From Trichoplax adhaerens (taxonomy: Eukaryota > Animalia > Placozoa): a stretch of 64,000 nucleotides of DNA. The translations under genes and the position numbers were made by a program. This document shows positions 26,829 through 41,364 of this stretch, piece by piece (the stretch's first letter is position 1; the number at the start of each line of letters is the position of its first letter). The notes under the pieces are model-generated. The model had not been told where the DNA came from and searched no databases. It was given only the letters and a program-made list of their open reading frames with translations. The stretch spans positions 5,419,867 to 5,483,866 of the forward strand of contig NW_002060946.1 of NCBI RefSeq assembly GCF_000150275.1. Direction: 5' to 3'.

Positions 26829-29246
26829 ATGGCGTCGCAGCTTGCAAAATGGATTTCCAATGTAACTTCCGTGGCGTCGCCATTCCCTTCGTTAATAAAC
26901 CATCTATCATCAACTAGTTATAACACAATATCAAAGACAATTACTAGAGGATTGGCAAGCCAAGCAACACAAGTAGCTAAGAAAAAGGCCAATGCACAGC
27001 AAGACAAAAAGACCACAAATGACGAGCAAAAGCAATCGTCATGGCCAACTTGGCAACCTGGCTCACGTCGAACAGGATTAATTGGTGTCAAATTAGGGAT
27101 GATGCCTATGTGGATGAAAGATGGAACTAGAGTACCTGTAACTTTAATTAAAGTGAGTTTTTGCAGTGAATTTCTCCGTATCATTGTACTGAAAATGATT
27201 GTTAAGTAGTTCAATCATCACCTGTAAAATATGGCATGACTTAGCCTTGAAGAATCCCCAACCTATACGGTCGGTTGGGCACTATCATGACTTCAAATTC
27301 ACGGATTGACACCACATTCTTTCCTTGTATTTCATCAATCTTAGATTCAGCAATGCCATGTATTGCATAATAAAACCAAAGCAAAGGATGGATATTGTGC
27401 AGTCCAAGTTGGTGCTGTGGATCGACTAAAACTCTTATACGTAAGCACAACGTTAGTTTAATCAAATCCATTCTGTAGGACTTAGTCGAGCGACTCCATA
27501 CGACATGTTGACGCAAAAGTTTCTCATCTGTTCTGCCATTTCTAGTGCGGTTAATGACTTATTTTGCTGTAGATAATCTCTTGTACAGCATTGCATTAAC
27601 TGTATTCACTCGGATAGGATATGCTTATACAAGTTTGGCATTTCTTCATCATTCGCTAGTGTAGTGCATGGCTTATGACTGCGTCATATTTTCTGTAGAT
27701 AATCTGCTGTTATGAAATAATTGCATTTCTGATACAATATGTGTGTACAAAGCTAAAGGTGCCTAGTAATTGACTGATGCCATCAAGGATGAATTTTACT
27801 GTAGATAATCTATATTGAAAGATAGCTGCTCTTGATTTTGTCAAGCTTATCAAGTAGACCCATATAAGCCCATTTAGCGTTTATCCGTAGGTCAGAAGAG
27901 CTCAACTAGGCCATTTCGCAAGAGCTGGTGTTAATCCGAAAAGGAAAGTATGGGAGTTTAAAGTATCTGACGACGCTCTTATTTTAAGGGGTAAGAATAG
28001 GAAAAGCTAACCTTGAAGTTGTCATTATAATCTCGCGTAATAATATGCACTAAATATCAAGGTGATCTACATCAGGATGATAATCATCAAAATTAGAAAT
28101 TACTACAATCAATATTACAGTATTATTAGATACATCATACGGCCCATCTTCTAATTTTTCAGTTTCTACTTGTTCCGAACTGACCAATCGTAAGCTTACT
28201 ATACAGTATACCAACTTATAAAGAAAGTTCTGCGATAGAATAAGCATTAAAGCATAGTAAACTTACGCAACATTGGACGTACCTATCGAATATCCATTGT
28301 TATAACTAGAATACCAATCATCCAGCCTTTTAGCTGTACTTAATGGTGCATTCCAGTACGACTTGCACAATAATCATAACAACTTGATTAATCTATCGCA
28401 TATTTTGCCTCTTCAGGAACCCTTCTACATGCCATGCATTTCGTTCCCGGACAATATGTTGATGTCAAAGCGAAAACGTAAGCGTGCTTGATATTCGTTC
28501 ATGGTAGCCTATAAAATAAGTAGTATTGCGTCCGCAGCTGGATCGCCTACGCTATCATTAACTGCAAGCCGTAATTGTAACATCTATAATAATAACTTTA
28601 CGTTGAATTTAGGATTGGTAAAGGTTTTCAAGGTGTCATGAAAAAACATGGAATGAAGGGACAGCCTGCGACCCATGGTGTATCATTAACCCACAGAAAA
28701 ATGGGTGCTACCGGCGGTGGTCAGGTAAGATTACCTTACCGGGATCATTTTAAAATTTGAATCATGACAAGTAGAACATGGGAGAGATCGTAACAATAAA
28801 TCACCGTAATTTGCTGTCGGTGTATGCTAGGAACCCGGACGCATTTGGCCTGGTAAGAAAATGGCTGGAAGAATGGGAAATAAATATCATACAACTAAGA
28901 ATTTAAGAGTGAGTAAAGTTTTTGATACAAATTTAGTTGGTGTTCTTTGATAGCGTGTCTGTATTCTAAATCTATGTTAAAATACTTACCAAGGATTTGC
29001 ATTTGTTTATTATAGATACTGCGTATCAACACAAAATACGATATATTATATGTTAAAGGTGCCGTACCTGGCCATGAAAATCAGTTCATTCGCATAACTG
29101 ATGCCATTTTTAAGCCTCCTAAGGAACCTCCTCCATATCCGACCTACTTTCACCAATCTGGTGATGAAATCCCCGAAGAAATTTTTGCTGAGGACGCTCA
29201 CAAACCATGTGATAGCACTCTCAGTTTTGCTGCAGCTAAAAAGTAG
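26829..29246 (+). CDS. MRPL3: Mitochondrial ribosomal protein uL3m, multi-exon
   Basis: Presequence-like N-terminus; [30 protein letters not shown]|[46 protein letters not shown]; stop TAG at 29244-29246. Confidence 0.96.
27545..27815. repeat. Degenerate ~110-125 bp tandem repeat in MRPL3 intron 2
   Basis: Core CTGTAGATAATCT at about 27567, 27693 and 27799, with similar flanks in the first two copies. Confidence 0.55.
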
Positions 29247-30552
29247 ATTTTAGTAATATACAGCATTTGCTGTAATTTACTATTTGAGAAACTGTAAATG
29301 GAAAAGTTTTAGCATATTTCTGCTTTACCATTTTCTACATTTCCACTATTTTATTTCATCAAAACAGAAAAAAGAATCACCTAAACTTTAATGTAATATT
29401 TGCTTTAATATAGAACTGATGATCATCTTATATCAAATTGTTGCTCAGCTGATTTAGAATGATCTTTGGATATATAAACTTTTAGACTATATTAAAATGT
29501 ATTATCTGCTGATTTTAAATAAAATCTGAATGTAACCTCCAGTGCAGCAGCCAGCAAGTATCATACTCGATCATTTTCAATGGGTCGTACATATATTATT
29601 TTCTATGTAATTACGAGATATTAGTTACTATAACATTTTATTTGGAGTCGGTAATAAACAACTTTGTGCACATAAGGAAGTCAAATTTTCAAAATTGCAA
29701 TAATGTACTATAGTCCTTGCGACAAATCATGATACTAATATCTTAAGAGTAAACATCAGACATTAGGAAATATTTTATATTGTACAAAATATTAAATACT
29801 AATGATAAACAATATTAATACCGGAAATGAGCAAACATTTTTAAAAAGAAGATTTTCTTTATCTATTACAACGTGATTAAGCGTTGGATGATATAGTTTG
29901 TCGTGTAGTCAGCAACAAAATTAAAGACATTATAGGTATACCGTTGCAAGTTTACAGAAGATACTATCTTATCTACATTAAAATTTCATCCTCTTCGAGA
30001 AGGATTAATCCAGATCTGATAAAAAGTAGTAACTATAACATTAGATTGACTTCAAATTCATTTCCATACTAAAACTGTACAGAACTGCCGTTAATAAAAT
30101 AGTTTGATATACAACGAAAACAAAAAAACAGTAAATGTAAACTATTTTACTACTGTAAGTATCAATTGTGACATTACAAAGTTTCATCGTATATTGCATA
30201 TTTAATAAATCATCAATGTCTATTGTACCAAAGTGATTTCACAATATTGTCAACTAGTTATCTATAATTATAAATTTTTATTTTTTCGTACAACGATCAA
30301 GTTTTAATTCAAAAGGTGATACGAAAATGTATCAAAAGAAATATTTTCAGTAACTGATATCGTGGATATCTCTGCATAAGTTTGCATTATAATTTGTTAC
30401 AATTATAACTGCCATTTTGCCACATCATACGTTATTTTTAAGAATTCATATGCCATTCAGTATCAAGCCAAAGCTTTACTTTCGTTCAATGAGTGAAAAA
30501 TAGAATATTTATAAATATAGAACATTCTACTCTATGGAAAAATCGGATTCAT

Positions 30553-33500
30553 TTATTTAGCCAATTCAACTCTTGGAGAGACATATTCTTGAAAATTTAG
30601 TGGCTTAATATGCTATTAATGAAATAAATAAGAAACGTATGGAATAGATTAGAATTACAATTTCATTTAAAGCGAATTTTTAAAGCTTTCTTATTAATAT
30701 ATGGTATTAAAACGTCAATCTAAATTAATGATTCTGCTGCATAGTTTGATAATAATACCATCATACCATATAATATTGTAAAATTTAGAACTCTAAATTT
30801 AACTCATTAAATTATACTTCAGAATAACGATACTAACATTTAGATATCTACGAGTTTATTCCCGTTAATGTTTAGACAATAAGTAAAGCAAATAATTTGT
30901 AACATTCTTTACCTTCGGATGTAAAACAGAGATAACGTCGTACAATCTAACAATCTTTCCATGGTTTGGTGGAGACTTAAAATATCGTTTCCCATTAACA
31001 ACTCCATCTGTATCACCCACTGTTTTCAAAATTTGTAATAAGTTCTTAGATTAGCTTTAACAAAAATGTCACAGCGCGCAGTAATTTTAAATCAACTTTG
31101 ACCTATAATTACTTCTATTGAGCTCAAAATCTACCTGGTCTATCTAGTTTTAAGCCAACATAGATGCGATTATCCACATAAGCGCTATCTAATTTACCAA
31201 CGTATTTAACAATACCACTAACAATTTCTTCTCGGTCAACTTTATCATCTATAAGGAATTTTTCAATCATTAAAAAGACGGAATAGACGTATGAAATATA
31301 ATCCAGCAAGCAAACAGACAGTCTCAAATATTTCTATAACAGTTTTACCTTTGATTATACAACGAGCAGATACACGATCACCAATCTTGACCATATGGAC
31401 TAATTTTGGTTCAGTATTGATTGCATTTATTGTCGAACTGAGCCCTTTATTCAAGGCTAGAGAGGCTACTGCATTGATATTCTTGGTTACAGGTGATACT
31501 AAATAAATATGGATATGATAATTAAGTCGAGTTGAGCTAGCTTGTTTGAAACAAATTCGTTGTATTCCGTAAAAAGAGATGAAGATATTTAAATGCTGAC
31601 TAATCAGATTGAAAATATTGGGTAATCATAAAATAAAACTTACATTGCAATTCATCTTCGTCTTCGCTACTCTTTGCTCGCCTTGTATTAGGAGAGTATT
31701 TGGACATCGAAATATCTAATTCATCTTCAATCTTTTCACCCTGTTGTAGGATACTCGGCATAGGTTGCTTAAGACTCCATGGTATGGAGAAATCTGGCTT
31801 ATGGCCTCTACTAATGTTACTTTTGCCAGAGATCTCTGGTGACCAAGATATTCCACCTCTTTCCGAATGGATTCCGTTACTTATAATAGATTTTAGAGAA
31901 TTATCCAAATTTGAAATAGATCTTTTAGGAGCTTGGCCACCGATCTCCCTTGGATCAAACTAAAATGTTTAAAACATTTTTGATATAAGTTAAATGTAAA
32001 CTAGATCATTTTAAGAGATAAAGGTTAGCTATCATATTCATATAACTGATGAAATAAGAATTATTAATTAAACAGTTAAATTTATTATTTTTATTACATC
32101 TGTTATATTTTCATCATCTAATCCCATTTCGTTTCCTGTTCGTGGTGATTGAGGTGCACTTGTCGGTCTATGTAAAACCAGAAAATTTAATAAATTAAGT
32201 TTGGTTCGCTAATAGATTAGAGATCATGACTAACTTGGTATCATGAGTCTAGAAATTTGTAACACATAGTCTTTAACATTATAGATACAATACAAACTTT
32301 TATAGATTAACATATCTTTTGCTATTTACCTCCTAGTAGCTGGAGGACTCGGAGACCGTGAATCATCAGATCCTGCATTATTAGTTGGATATCGTGAAGT
32401 CCTTTCTAGTACATTGAGTAAGATGTTATTCTTTTTCGCTTCCGATTTTTCGACAAGATCTAAACGACTTTTAGCCAAATCCAATTCTCGAAATTGTTGT
32501 TGAACCAAATTGTTCTTGGCAACTATAAGTCTTTTGAGTGAAGCAACTTCCATTTTAGCTTCGTCTAATTCTTGACAAACAGATGGATATCTTTCCAATT
32601 CTTGATTTAAAATCTATTAAATTAACAGCATATTAGTGCCTCTATTGTAATTTATTACATTAATATCGATCAGGAGGAGAAGTGGTTTTAATATCGCTGA
32701 TGAAAGAAATTTAACCTCGATTTTTCCTCTAGAATCTTTCAAATTTTTTCGGCACAGTATCAGTTGTGTTGCCTTCTCTTCATATTTTGAACGCAATCTT
32801 TGTAACTCTTCTTCAGTGTCTGTTAAGCGACGTTGTAAATCAGGGATAATAGCTACCTCCTATAAATGATATTGTGAATTATGGATTAAATAAAAGGTAT
32901 GTAATCCGTACAATTCTTAAGAAAGCATCAGTATATTTCATTTAGTGTCATGTTTACCTTTTCCAGTGCTTCTGTTTTGTCTTTATATGATGCCAATTGT
33001 TTAGACATTGTACCCATTTGTCTATCTCTGTACTCGATGGCAATTTGTGAATCCTGCATATTATGAATATATACGCTCAGATTAATATGTTGTTACCTCA
33101 GTACAGCTATAATAAAATGAACTTTGATTAAAGCGTATTTTAAATCTACCTTAAATTGTAAGATAGTTTCACGTAGTTCCTTCTTTAAAGAATTAATTTT
33201 TTTCTCGCTGTCTGAAGCTGAAGTTCTATTAAAATGTAATAAAGAAAATATTAATATTCTATTATAGCAAACAATTCTATCTACAGTATCATCTTAAAAT
33301 TTGAATTACTTGGCTTCTCTCAAAGCTTCCTTAGTTGAGGATAGATCTCTCTTCATGTCGTTTTTCGTTACCACTAGATAAAATTAACAGAATCATCACG
33401 ATTTTTAAGCTGTTAATACTTAAAAACATATTTTCTTCATTTTAACACATTCATCCAATTCTGATACTAATATTAACCTTCTTTTTCTAGTCTTTCAATT

Positions 33501-36500
33501 TCTCGTTCGGCTTTTTTCAAAGATTCCGATGTTTCGTCTAGAGCGTGTTCTTTAGCATGTAACTAACATATCAATCGGAGACATAAAAACGTTTATACCC
33601 AATTTTTTTCATTTTAATATAAAATATAAGTGATACGTCATTTATTTTCGATTTTGATTGGTGCTAATATACTTACAACTGCTCTTATAGTCGTCACTTG
33701 AGTAGTTAAAATTCGTAAATCATGGTTTTTCTCATCACACTGCTTTTCTAAATCGCCGTATTTATCCATTAATTCCTATATCGGGGTAAATGATATGAAA
33801 TTCATCGATTAAAAACTGACAGTTAATACTTTTCGTCGTTGTCAGAACGTAATAAAAAATCTATTTACAGCATAAGACATCTTTTCCATTATGAAAATCA
33901 AGATAAACAAGCAGTTTTAAACAAAATGGAGCAAATTGGACAATCAAAACATGCGCCTATATATATACTCTAGACAGAAGATTTTCCATTCTTTTAAAAC
34001 TATTGAATAGCTAGTTGTCATGGTAACTAGAGTACGCTTTTGATACCGAAGATTGTAATGTAATTTATAAAAAAAAATAGCGAAAGAGCAACTCAATTAG
34101 ACATCTTGTATAGCTTATGATGGTGTCCAATGTTGGCTTACCCTGTTTTCGGAAAGTAATTTGGCCAACTCTTCGAAAGTTTCACCTAGATCTTTCCTTG
34201 CTTTACTGACTAGTGCACTTTCAATCATTCTAATTTCATCAACATGATAATAAAAATAAATATTCCGAAAGCTCAATTTATACCGGTTTAAATGAAATTA
34301 AACCATTGACTATCGTTATTTTTGCTTTTCAACTTGAACTACAAATTTCTTCAATTATATCAGTAACTCACTGTTCTTCTTGCTTTTCAATTTTCCTTCG
34401 ATGAAATTCATAAGGCAATTCTTTCGTTACCTCCATTGTTCTTTTATTTAGCCAAAATAGGCCGTGCTTGTTGCTATTTAATTGGCACCATTCATCCTAA
34501 TTGAGAAGTAAAAGATTGCAGAATACAATTCAGACATGGGGTACTTTGTAGTGAGATCAAATCTCTATTTTAATTCACTTTGTCCACTGTTCATATTAAT
34601 TTTGAATTATACTTACATTGCTAGCGCTTCGTACTTTACTGATAAGATAAATGATTCGTTTAGCCATCAACGTAAATTGATTGATTTGAGCATGATTATT
34701 TTCAGCACTATTTGTAAGGTTAATAAAAGATATTGTGATTAATTATCACATATAGTTAAAATGGCCTGCTACTAAATGGATATCTAAAGGTGTTTATGAA
34801 ATTTCCGATTTATTTTAACCAAAAAGCAGAGATCTTTCTAACTATTATAAATTTTGCAAACTGAATAAATACGGCAGTCATAGATCGCAGTGTATATGGA
34901 ACTTCGCACTTATTTCTACTGGAAGTTAAAAAATGATTGCGGATGATGACATGACGTTGCCATAACTTACTATTGAAAAAATCGTGCAATTTCAGCTTTA
35001 TCTTCCATCTTTAAGCAGACATCTAAAGCTTCAGACTTTATTATCTATTAAATAGCAATATCAAGATATTTAAAAGTGAATTAGTGTTTTCAAGCGCAAA
35101 AATTAATTTATGAAAAATTTAATAAAGGAAACATAAAAAGATTTCAAAGAAATCGCCTAAAGCGACCTATTTTTGCAATGGATTATGACTGTAAATTCAT
35201 TTAAGTACCTTATTGAATTGTTCCAAGTTAATAAAACCTCTTCTGTCTTTATCGGTTACCCTAAATAATTCAGCTAAAGTAGTTTCAACGAGATCTTCTT
35301 CGAGATCATCTTTTAGAGCAATTTTATGCTCGATTGGTGGAATATAGCTGTGTAGTATGTTAAATTAAGTGAATTAGTACCTATGTGATACAGCGAAATT
35401 AATAAATTACTTCAAATCATACTCTTCGCTAATGGTTTACCTAAATTCGCCACTCTTCTTGTTAAAATAGAGACGAGTGCCACCAGTCCATTGAAGTTGA
35501 ATCCACAACGCCTAAAATCATAAATCATCCTATGCTCAACTATTTCAATTTCAAAGACAATTTATTCCAATCATAAATACGTCATTACAATCAGAAAGTT
35601 TACTCACCGGAGTTTCGTCAAGTTTATTGTAAATATGACTTAAAAATTCACGAATAATTGGAACAAAATCATCATAGGTAATATATCCATCCTAATTGAT
35701 AGAAATGTTTATGAAAAGCTTAATAAATGGATCCATATCTATAGACATTTCATCACTACTTCTTACCATGTTAGAGTCAATGTCTTCCATTATACCCTTA
35801 ATTTCTTCCTGGCTTAATTCTAAGTTTAACGTCTTAGAATTGCAAACCTATTGTAAAAGAGTAATCAGAGTTAGAACCACAATAATTATATAATTATCAT
35901 GCCGTCTAACTACTCGGCTTAATTTGTTCATATAACCACATACTTGGAAATATTAATTATTTTAACTTTTTATGGTATCAAGTATGAAATTTTCGATCTG
36001 ATAATTATTATAATATATATATAGGCATTCATTAACTTATAATACTCTAGTAGGAATTTAAGGTGAAGACTTAAAAATACATTGACAATTTTTGTACAAT
36101 TGAAAGAGAAAGTTCGATGCAGATTATTGCATCCAGTTTAGAAAATCCAATTTAGCTACAAGCGGTAATGAAATCTTACTGTGAAAATTGCTATCGATAA
36201 ATGTTAATAGATTAAACTATATTGGTCATTTTGCAGCAAATAGCAATCATTTACTATTCTTGCAATAACATAAACATCACTAATGGGAATGTTTTACTTT
36301 ATGTTGCCCAACACGCTCCAACGGTTAGCAAATATTGTCAACTATAGAAATGGTTAGGAGGTTATCAGGCTCGCTGCCTTTTTGATACTTATATACGAAT
36401 AAATGATGATGGCAGCATAAAATTGTTTTATAAATTCAATTATTAAGTTGTAAAATGACGATATTCGTTTAATAGTGAATTATTACTTTTATGCGGTAAA

Positions 36501-39500
36501 TAAAAAATCGCTAAGCTTCCTGGTAGTATTAATATCGATTCTTTCTTATATATGTAATACCATGATAAAATTGCCAATTGGATTTACCGTAACAATTAAG
36601 TATTTATAATTTTTTTACTCTTACTATTAATTTACACAAGGCTATATAATATAAGACCGCAATATCAAAATAAGTTGGCCCAAAATCTCAAAAGGTAAAA
36701 CATTTCATTTTGCTGTTAGATATGCGATTTTTAATGTTAACTGTCCATTTCATTCTAAACTTTCCGATGATAGGCGAATAATATAAAAAACTGCAAAGTC
36801 ATAAAATGAACTAGTAAACTTGCAAAGTTGGATATATTGACTCTCACGCTATGTGATTTAAGTCTTTAAAATCTATCCTATAATGATTGATACCCTTCAC
36901 TCTAGTTACTATAATATTTTTGATTGTCATTTTATGCCAAGATTTACTACGGTATATAATAGGGTAACGAAATAATGAGATTATAAATTAGAACACTATC
37001 AAAAAATGTGATGGTGTTTTGTTTATGAAACGCTTATGTAAATTTCGAGACTAGAATGATCTTTAAATTTAACCAAAGAAGAGTTAAAGACACTATTCAA
37101 TAAGATATACAGAAAGTAAGATTTTCTTCGGTCCAAACTGACGGATTTTAAGTAGAAATTTCTCTCATCGACCTCTGATATTACAATGTAAATTCAACTT
37201 AAATGGCGGCTATTGTTATTTCAAACTAGTTGCTATGGACATGATTCGATTATATCGGCAACGCTAAAAAATGTTTCACTAACGTACTAAATCGATTATT
37301 CATATAATTTCAGCTTAAACAAAATTAACGACCGTTAGCTAATACATTGCCTTTTTTTTTAGGTTTTTAACTATCTCCCAAGTGTATAAAAAGTCTATAA
37401 TACTAAACCGAAAACAGAATGTCATTAAATTAAAAAAATGGTAAAAGTGAAAGCATAGGAAGACAAAAAGATAATGATGGCGTTCGTAAAGATGAAACCT
37501 TCAAGTCTGATTATGAAATAGCAACGAGCTGCAGTCTAATTCTACTAATAATATCATTACCAATGCAAATTCTCGATAGTCTAATAGTCCATCGTGATAG
37601 ACATCAGCCATATTAAAGATCGGATAAGCGATATCTTCAAATGGATCGGAACAAACGGGTGTAGGTGGTGGCACAATCGGGACAAGGTCACTTTGCTCTG
37701 CAATTTCATCAGGAATTGCTTCTTGATTCGATGAAAGACCAACCTTTGCTTTAGAATCATCCTCTACTTGCGATGTACTACCGGATATTATGGGCGTGAT
37801 AAAACTGTTAGTAGATTGATTATTGAATTTAAGAAGCGGTTGAGTAGAAGACTGATCATGGAATGCATTGGCTTTCGATGTTAGATAACTCAAATCGATC
37901 TTTTCAATTGGTGATAAGGCCATAGGTATATTAATAAATGGATCAATATGTGTTGGAAATGGAGGTTCTTTTTTCTTTGCCATTGCCTCAGCTATGAGCC
38001 TTTCTTTCTCTAAAGCTTCTTTTTTCTCCTTTTCCAACTCTAATTTTGCTTTCTCTAATCTTTCTCTTTCCAATTTTTCTTTTTCTAGCCGCTCCTTTTC
38101 TATTCGATCTCTTTCTAATTTTTCTAAACGTTTTTTCTCTTTTAATTTATCTTCTATTATTTTTTCTTCTTCTTTACGTTTCCGCTCTTCTTCTTCGGCT
38201 GCTAATTCTGTTGCTGATTTTAAGAAATCTGGCATATTATTCGATGTAACGCCAGATACATCAGATTCGCTATCTTCTGATGGTTTTTCCTCAATTTGTG
38301 GTTCGTCACCCATCCAAATACCAAAATCTTCCAATGATGGCTTGGGCGGTGAATTAGGTTTGGATGATGTATTGGTAGGGGCAAGAAATGACCGATTAGA
38401 AGTAGTTGAGCCACTTCTATTCTTTTTACCCTTCTATAATGAAATGATATTAGAAAAGATACAAACATGTTAATTGAGTCAATCCATTACAACACCATAC
38501 AATATCAGAAATATAATCCATAATTCAATAATGTAAGAAATAAAAAAAGCTACTATCAATTCAGTCACCTATTAATTTACATCGAAATCGAATAAAGATC
38601 AGTAAACGTTGAATTTATTTATCAATATTTTTAATGATCGTCTTCTATCTTAACATTAAGTGGAATTAGATTGATTATTTTTGTGATCGATGATAGACGT
38701 GTTTAAGTACAATTAAAACATGACAATAAGTTTTTATCAAATCATGAAATTTGTGTCGATGACAAGGTGAAGATACTATCCATAACTGGATGACAACCTA
38801 TACCTAACATTCAATGCTAATCGATCATTTTAGGAAGATTTTTAGACTGCAATGAAATCGATTCAATACCTGGTTCACTGACAACATTTTGGATTATTTG
38901 CACTTTGATTATGATGCTGATAGTAAATGTCTATATTTAACCAACTGGAAAACTGGATCAGGGTAGGATGTAATCAATACTAATGCTTGTTTACTGTATG
39001 AAAAGCATCACTAAGATGATTAATTTGATTCGCTATCTCGATCTTTTAATAGAAATTGTCTTTTGCTTCTCAACAGCTGATAACAACCCTATTCATAATA
39101 ATACAATTCTACACATCACGATAAAAGGAAACCCATCATAAAGAGGTACTATTCTCGAATGCATTAAAGGTAGGAGTTATCAATTATTAATATAATTATC
39201 ATCGGAGGCTTGCCATTCATAAATCAATCTATAACAAGCCGATTCTTATTTTTGTTGATGTCATCCCCTAGGTTGAAAATGATCGTTCTACGTAGGCTAA
39301 AGGGATTCATTATTATCGATAAAGATAATTAATCAACGAAATGTTCTAATATTAAATGTATATTGCAGCTTTAATTCGTTATATAATAATATTTTGGAGG
39401 CGAAAATGATATCCTTTGTATCGTTCTCTTGTTATGTTTAGTACTATTGTTCAAGCGAAGGTAGAATCTTGAGATCGAAACATGGACAAGATGCTACCGT

Positions 39501-41364
39501 AGAGTGCCACTGATGGTGTTTGTTATTGCAATAAATCGATAATGTAGAACTGCTATCGCCATTTTGACTTAATGAACAGCTGAGGCTTTTTTCGCAAGCA
39601 AGATTATCCTTATTTGGTTAATGTAATTCTATAAAAATGGCTAAAAGCATCACAGAAGATTATACTCAATTTAAGGAGGCGAAGCTTTGTGGTTTTATTA
39701 GCAGCCATGATAAAGTAGTAGTGGTATTATAAGAATCATGTGGGCTTAGTGTGCTCAATAAACATTTTAAGATGGTTATTTTAAAAAAAATAAATGTTAA
39801 TCTTAACAGCTGGGAATGCCTGGGATACAATGTTAACCCAAAGAATAAATTTATATTTGAAGATTACATTGGATTCGTATTGAGGTAAAATCAGGTTGTG
39901 TTTTAATGATTGGTAAGGAAAAGTGCAATTGTAGTTGTAGGAGAGATTAAAATTGGACTATCTTGATTTTCGCGTTACCTAACTTATGGTCGTTTATTTT
40001 AGCAGCAGGGTGACTTTGAGAATACTAATGACAGTAATGAGAAGAGCAAACTTAATAGAAATATGTGGACATTATTTGTATCCTGGTGGAATTAAAATAT
40101 TACAATATTATCCATCTGGAATTTCATGCTACGTCTATTTCTCATCTAGAGACAGACAAAATGTAAAGTATCCAGTTTGTATATCCAAAGTTAATTTGAT
40201 CGTACCGGTAATACTGCAATTTAAAATACCTGCAAGTAATTATCATCTTAATATTGGATCTTATTTTAATTAATTACGATGATCAGAATTTATTGAAATA
40301 TGATTATAGTATTTTGCAGCACAATACGCTATATATTTATCGACAAATTGTCCGCTATTGATACTTATCATCAATATCAGCAGGATTAAAGTCATTTGCT
40401 TTTGCTGGTGTTCATTTATAATAAGGTTGATTAGGATTACGGACGATTAAAAAGCTGTCAGAAAGCTTTCCGATTTAAGATTGATGATGAGTACGTTGAT
40501 CCCATATGCGTTTTAAACGATCCATAAAGCCATTATTAAGTAATTATCTCTTCTCGATAATTTTTGATAGGAACGTTATCAAAAGCATTATCAAAAGGGA
40601 TTTTCAATGTATCTCATACGTTGTGCTACTTTATTCAATAGAGACTTGATGTGATTTATTCGATCACGAGCTCTATCATTGCGCATTGGGGTAAATTGTA
40701 AACTTTCCAACTAACATGGGCGATATCTTGTAATGTACACGTTGCATTATATTATAACGCAAGGTGTAAAAATAAGTTATTATACAAACTGTTGTCGAGG
40801 TAAATGAAATAGAACTAAAAAGTACGTTATTATATTACTTATTTTAGTTTATATAGAAGGGATGGTTATGAACTGTCATCGAGATTAATCATTGAACCAA
40901 AAAGGGGGGAAAAAAAAAGGAAGCGCATAAAATTTACATACTCGAAAAGACGACAATAGTATAATCTTGTGTTGCACGATATGACGCTAATTAAATTTTT
41001 ATGATTTGAGTTTCAGTCGCTATTCATTAGAATGATTAGGGATATTAAATTGGACTGTGTTGTATTGAATTAATCTCCATTTGATCAATGTATGATTTCT
41101 CATTTGTATCCATGCAATGAATTCTCGGCATGGTGATCGATCGATATCAAGAATGATATGGATATAGACATGGAGAAAGTTAAAACTATGATGACAAGGC
41201 AAAATGACTTGAAAAAATCTTGTGCAAGATGTACTCACCTCTTTCTCAGAGCCTCTCTTAAAACCCTTAAACATATTGATTGCTGTAATTGATTCCTGTC
41301 CAGAAGGAAAAATAAGATGTGTTGTAATGGATTGCAATTAAATAGGAGTGAAGATTCTCACCAT
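30553..41364 (-). CDS. Uncharacterised multi-exon protein: charged helix, two tandem (EF-hand pair + WW-like) modules, long coiled coil, Ser-rich linker, C-terminal CAP-Gly domain
   Basis: The exon joins checked by hand (5' exons to the start of the coiled coil, and the CAP-Gly end) splice in frame. Order: M|ESITAINMFKGFKRGSEKE (ATG at 41364 or 41274); large exon 38433-37561; EF loops DVYHDGLLDYREF, DSNMDGYITYDDF, DKDRRGFINLEQF; WW-like WIQLQWTGGTRLYFNKKSGE and WCQLNSNKHGLFWLIKRTME; heptad exons about 34230-32330; CAP-Gly GIVKYVGKL..YVGLKLDRPVGDTDGVVNGKRYF; stop TAA at 30553-30555. The start exon is the least certain part. Confidence 0.8.

Noticed and set aside
34142-34500. Splitting the EF-hand and coiled-coil/CAP-Gly parts into two genes
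   Set aside because: Exon phases join in frame across this point (QEE-CA|A-MIESAL) with no stop or promoter island between them.
37994-38473. 159-aa Ser/Phe-rich plus-strand ORF
   Set aside because: Antisense shadow of the Glu/Lys-rich exon on the minus strand.
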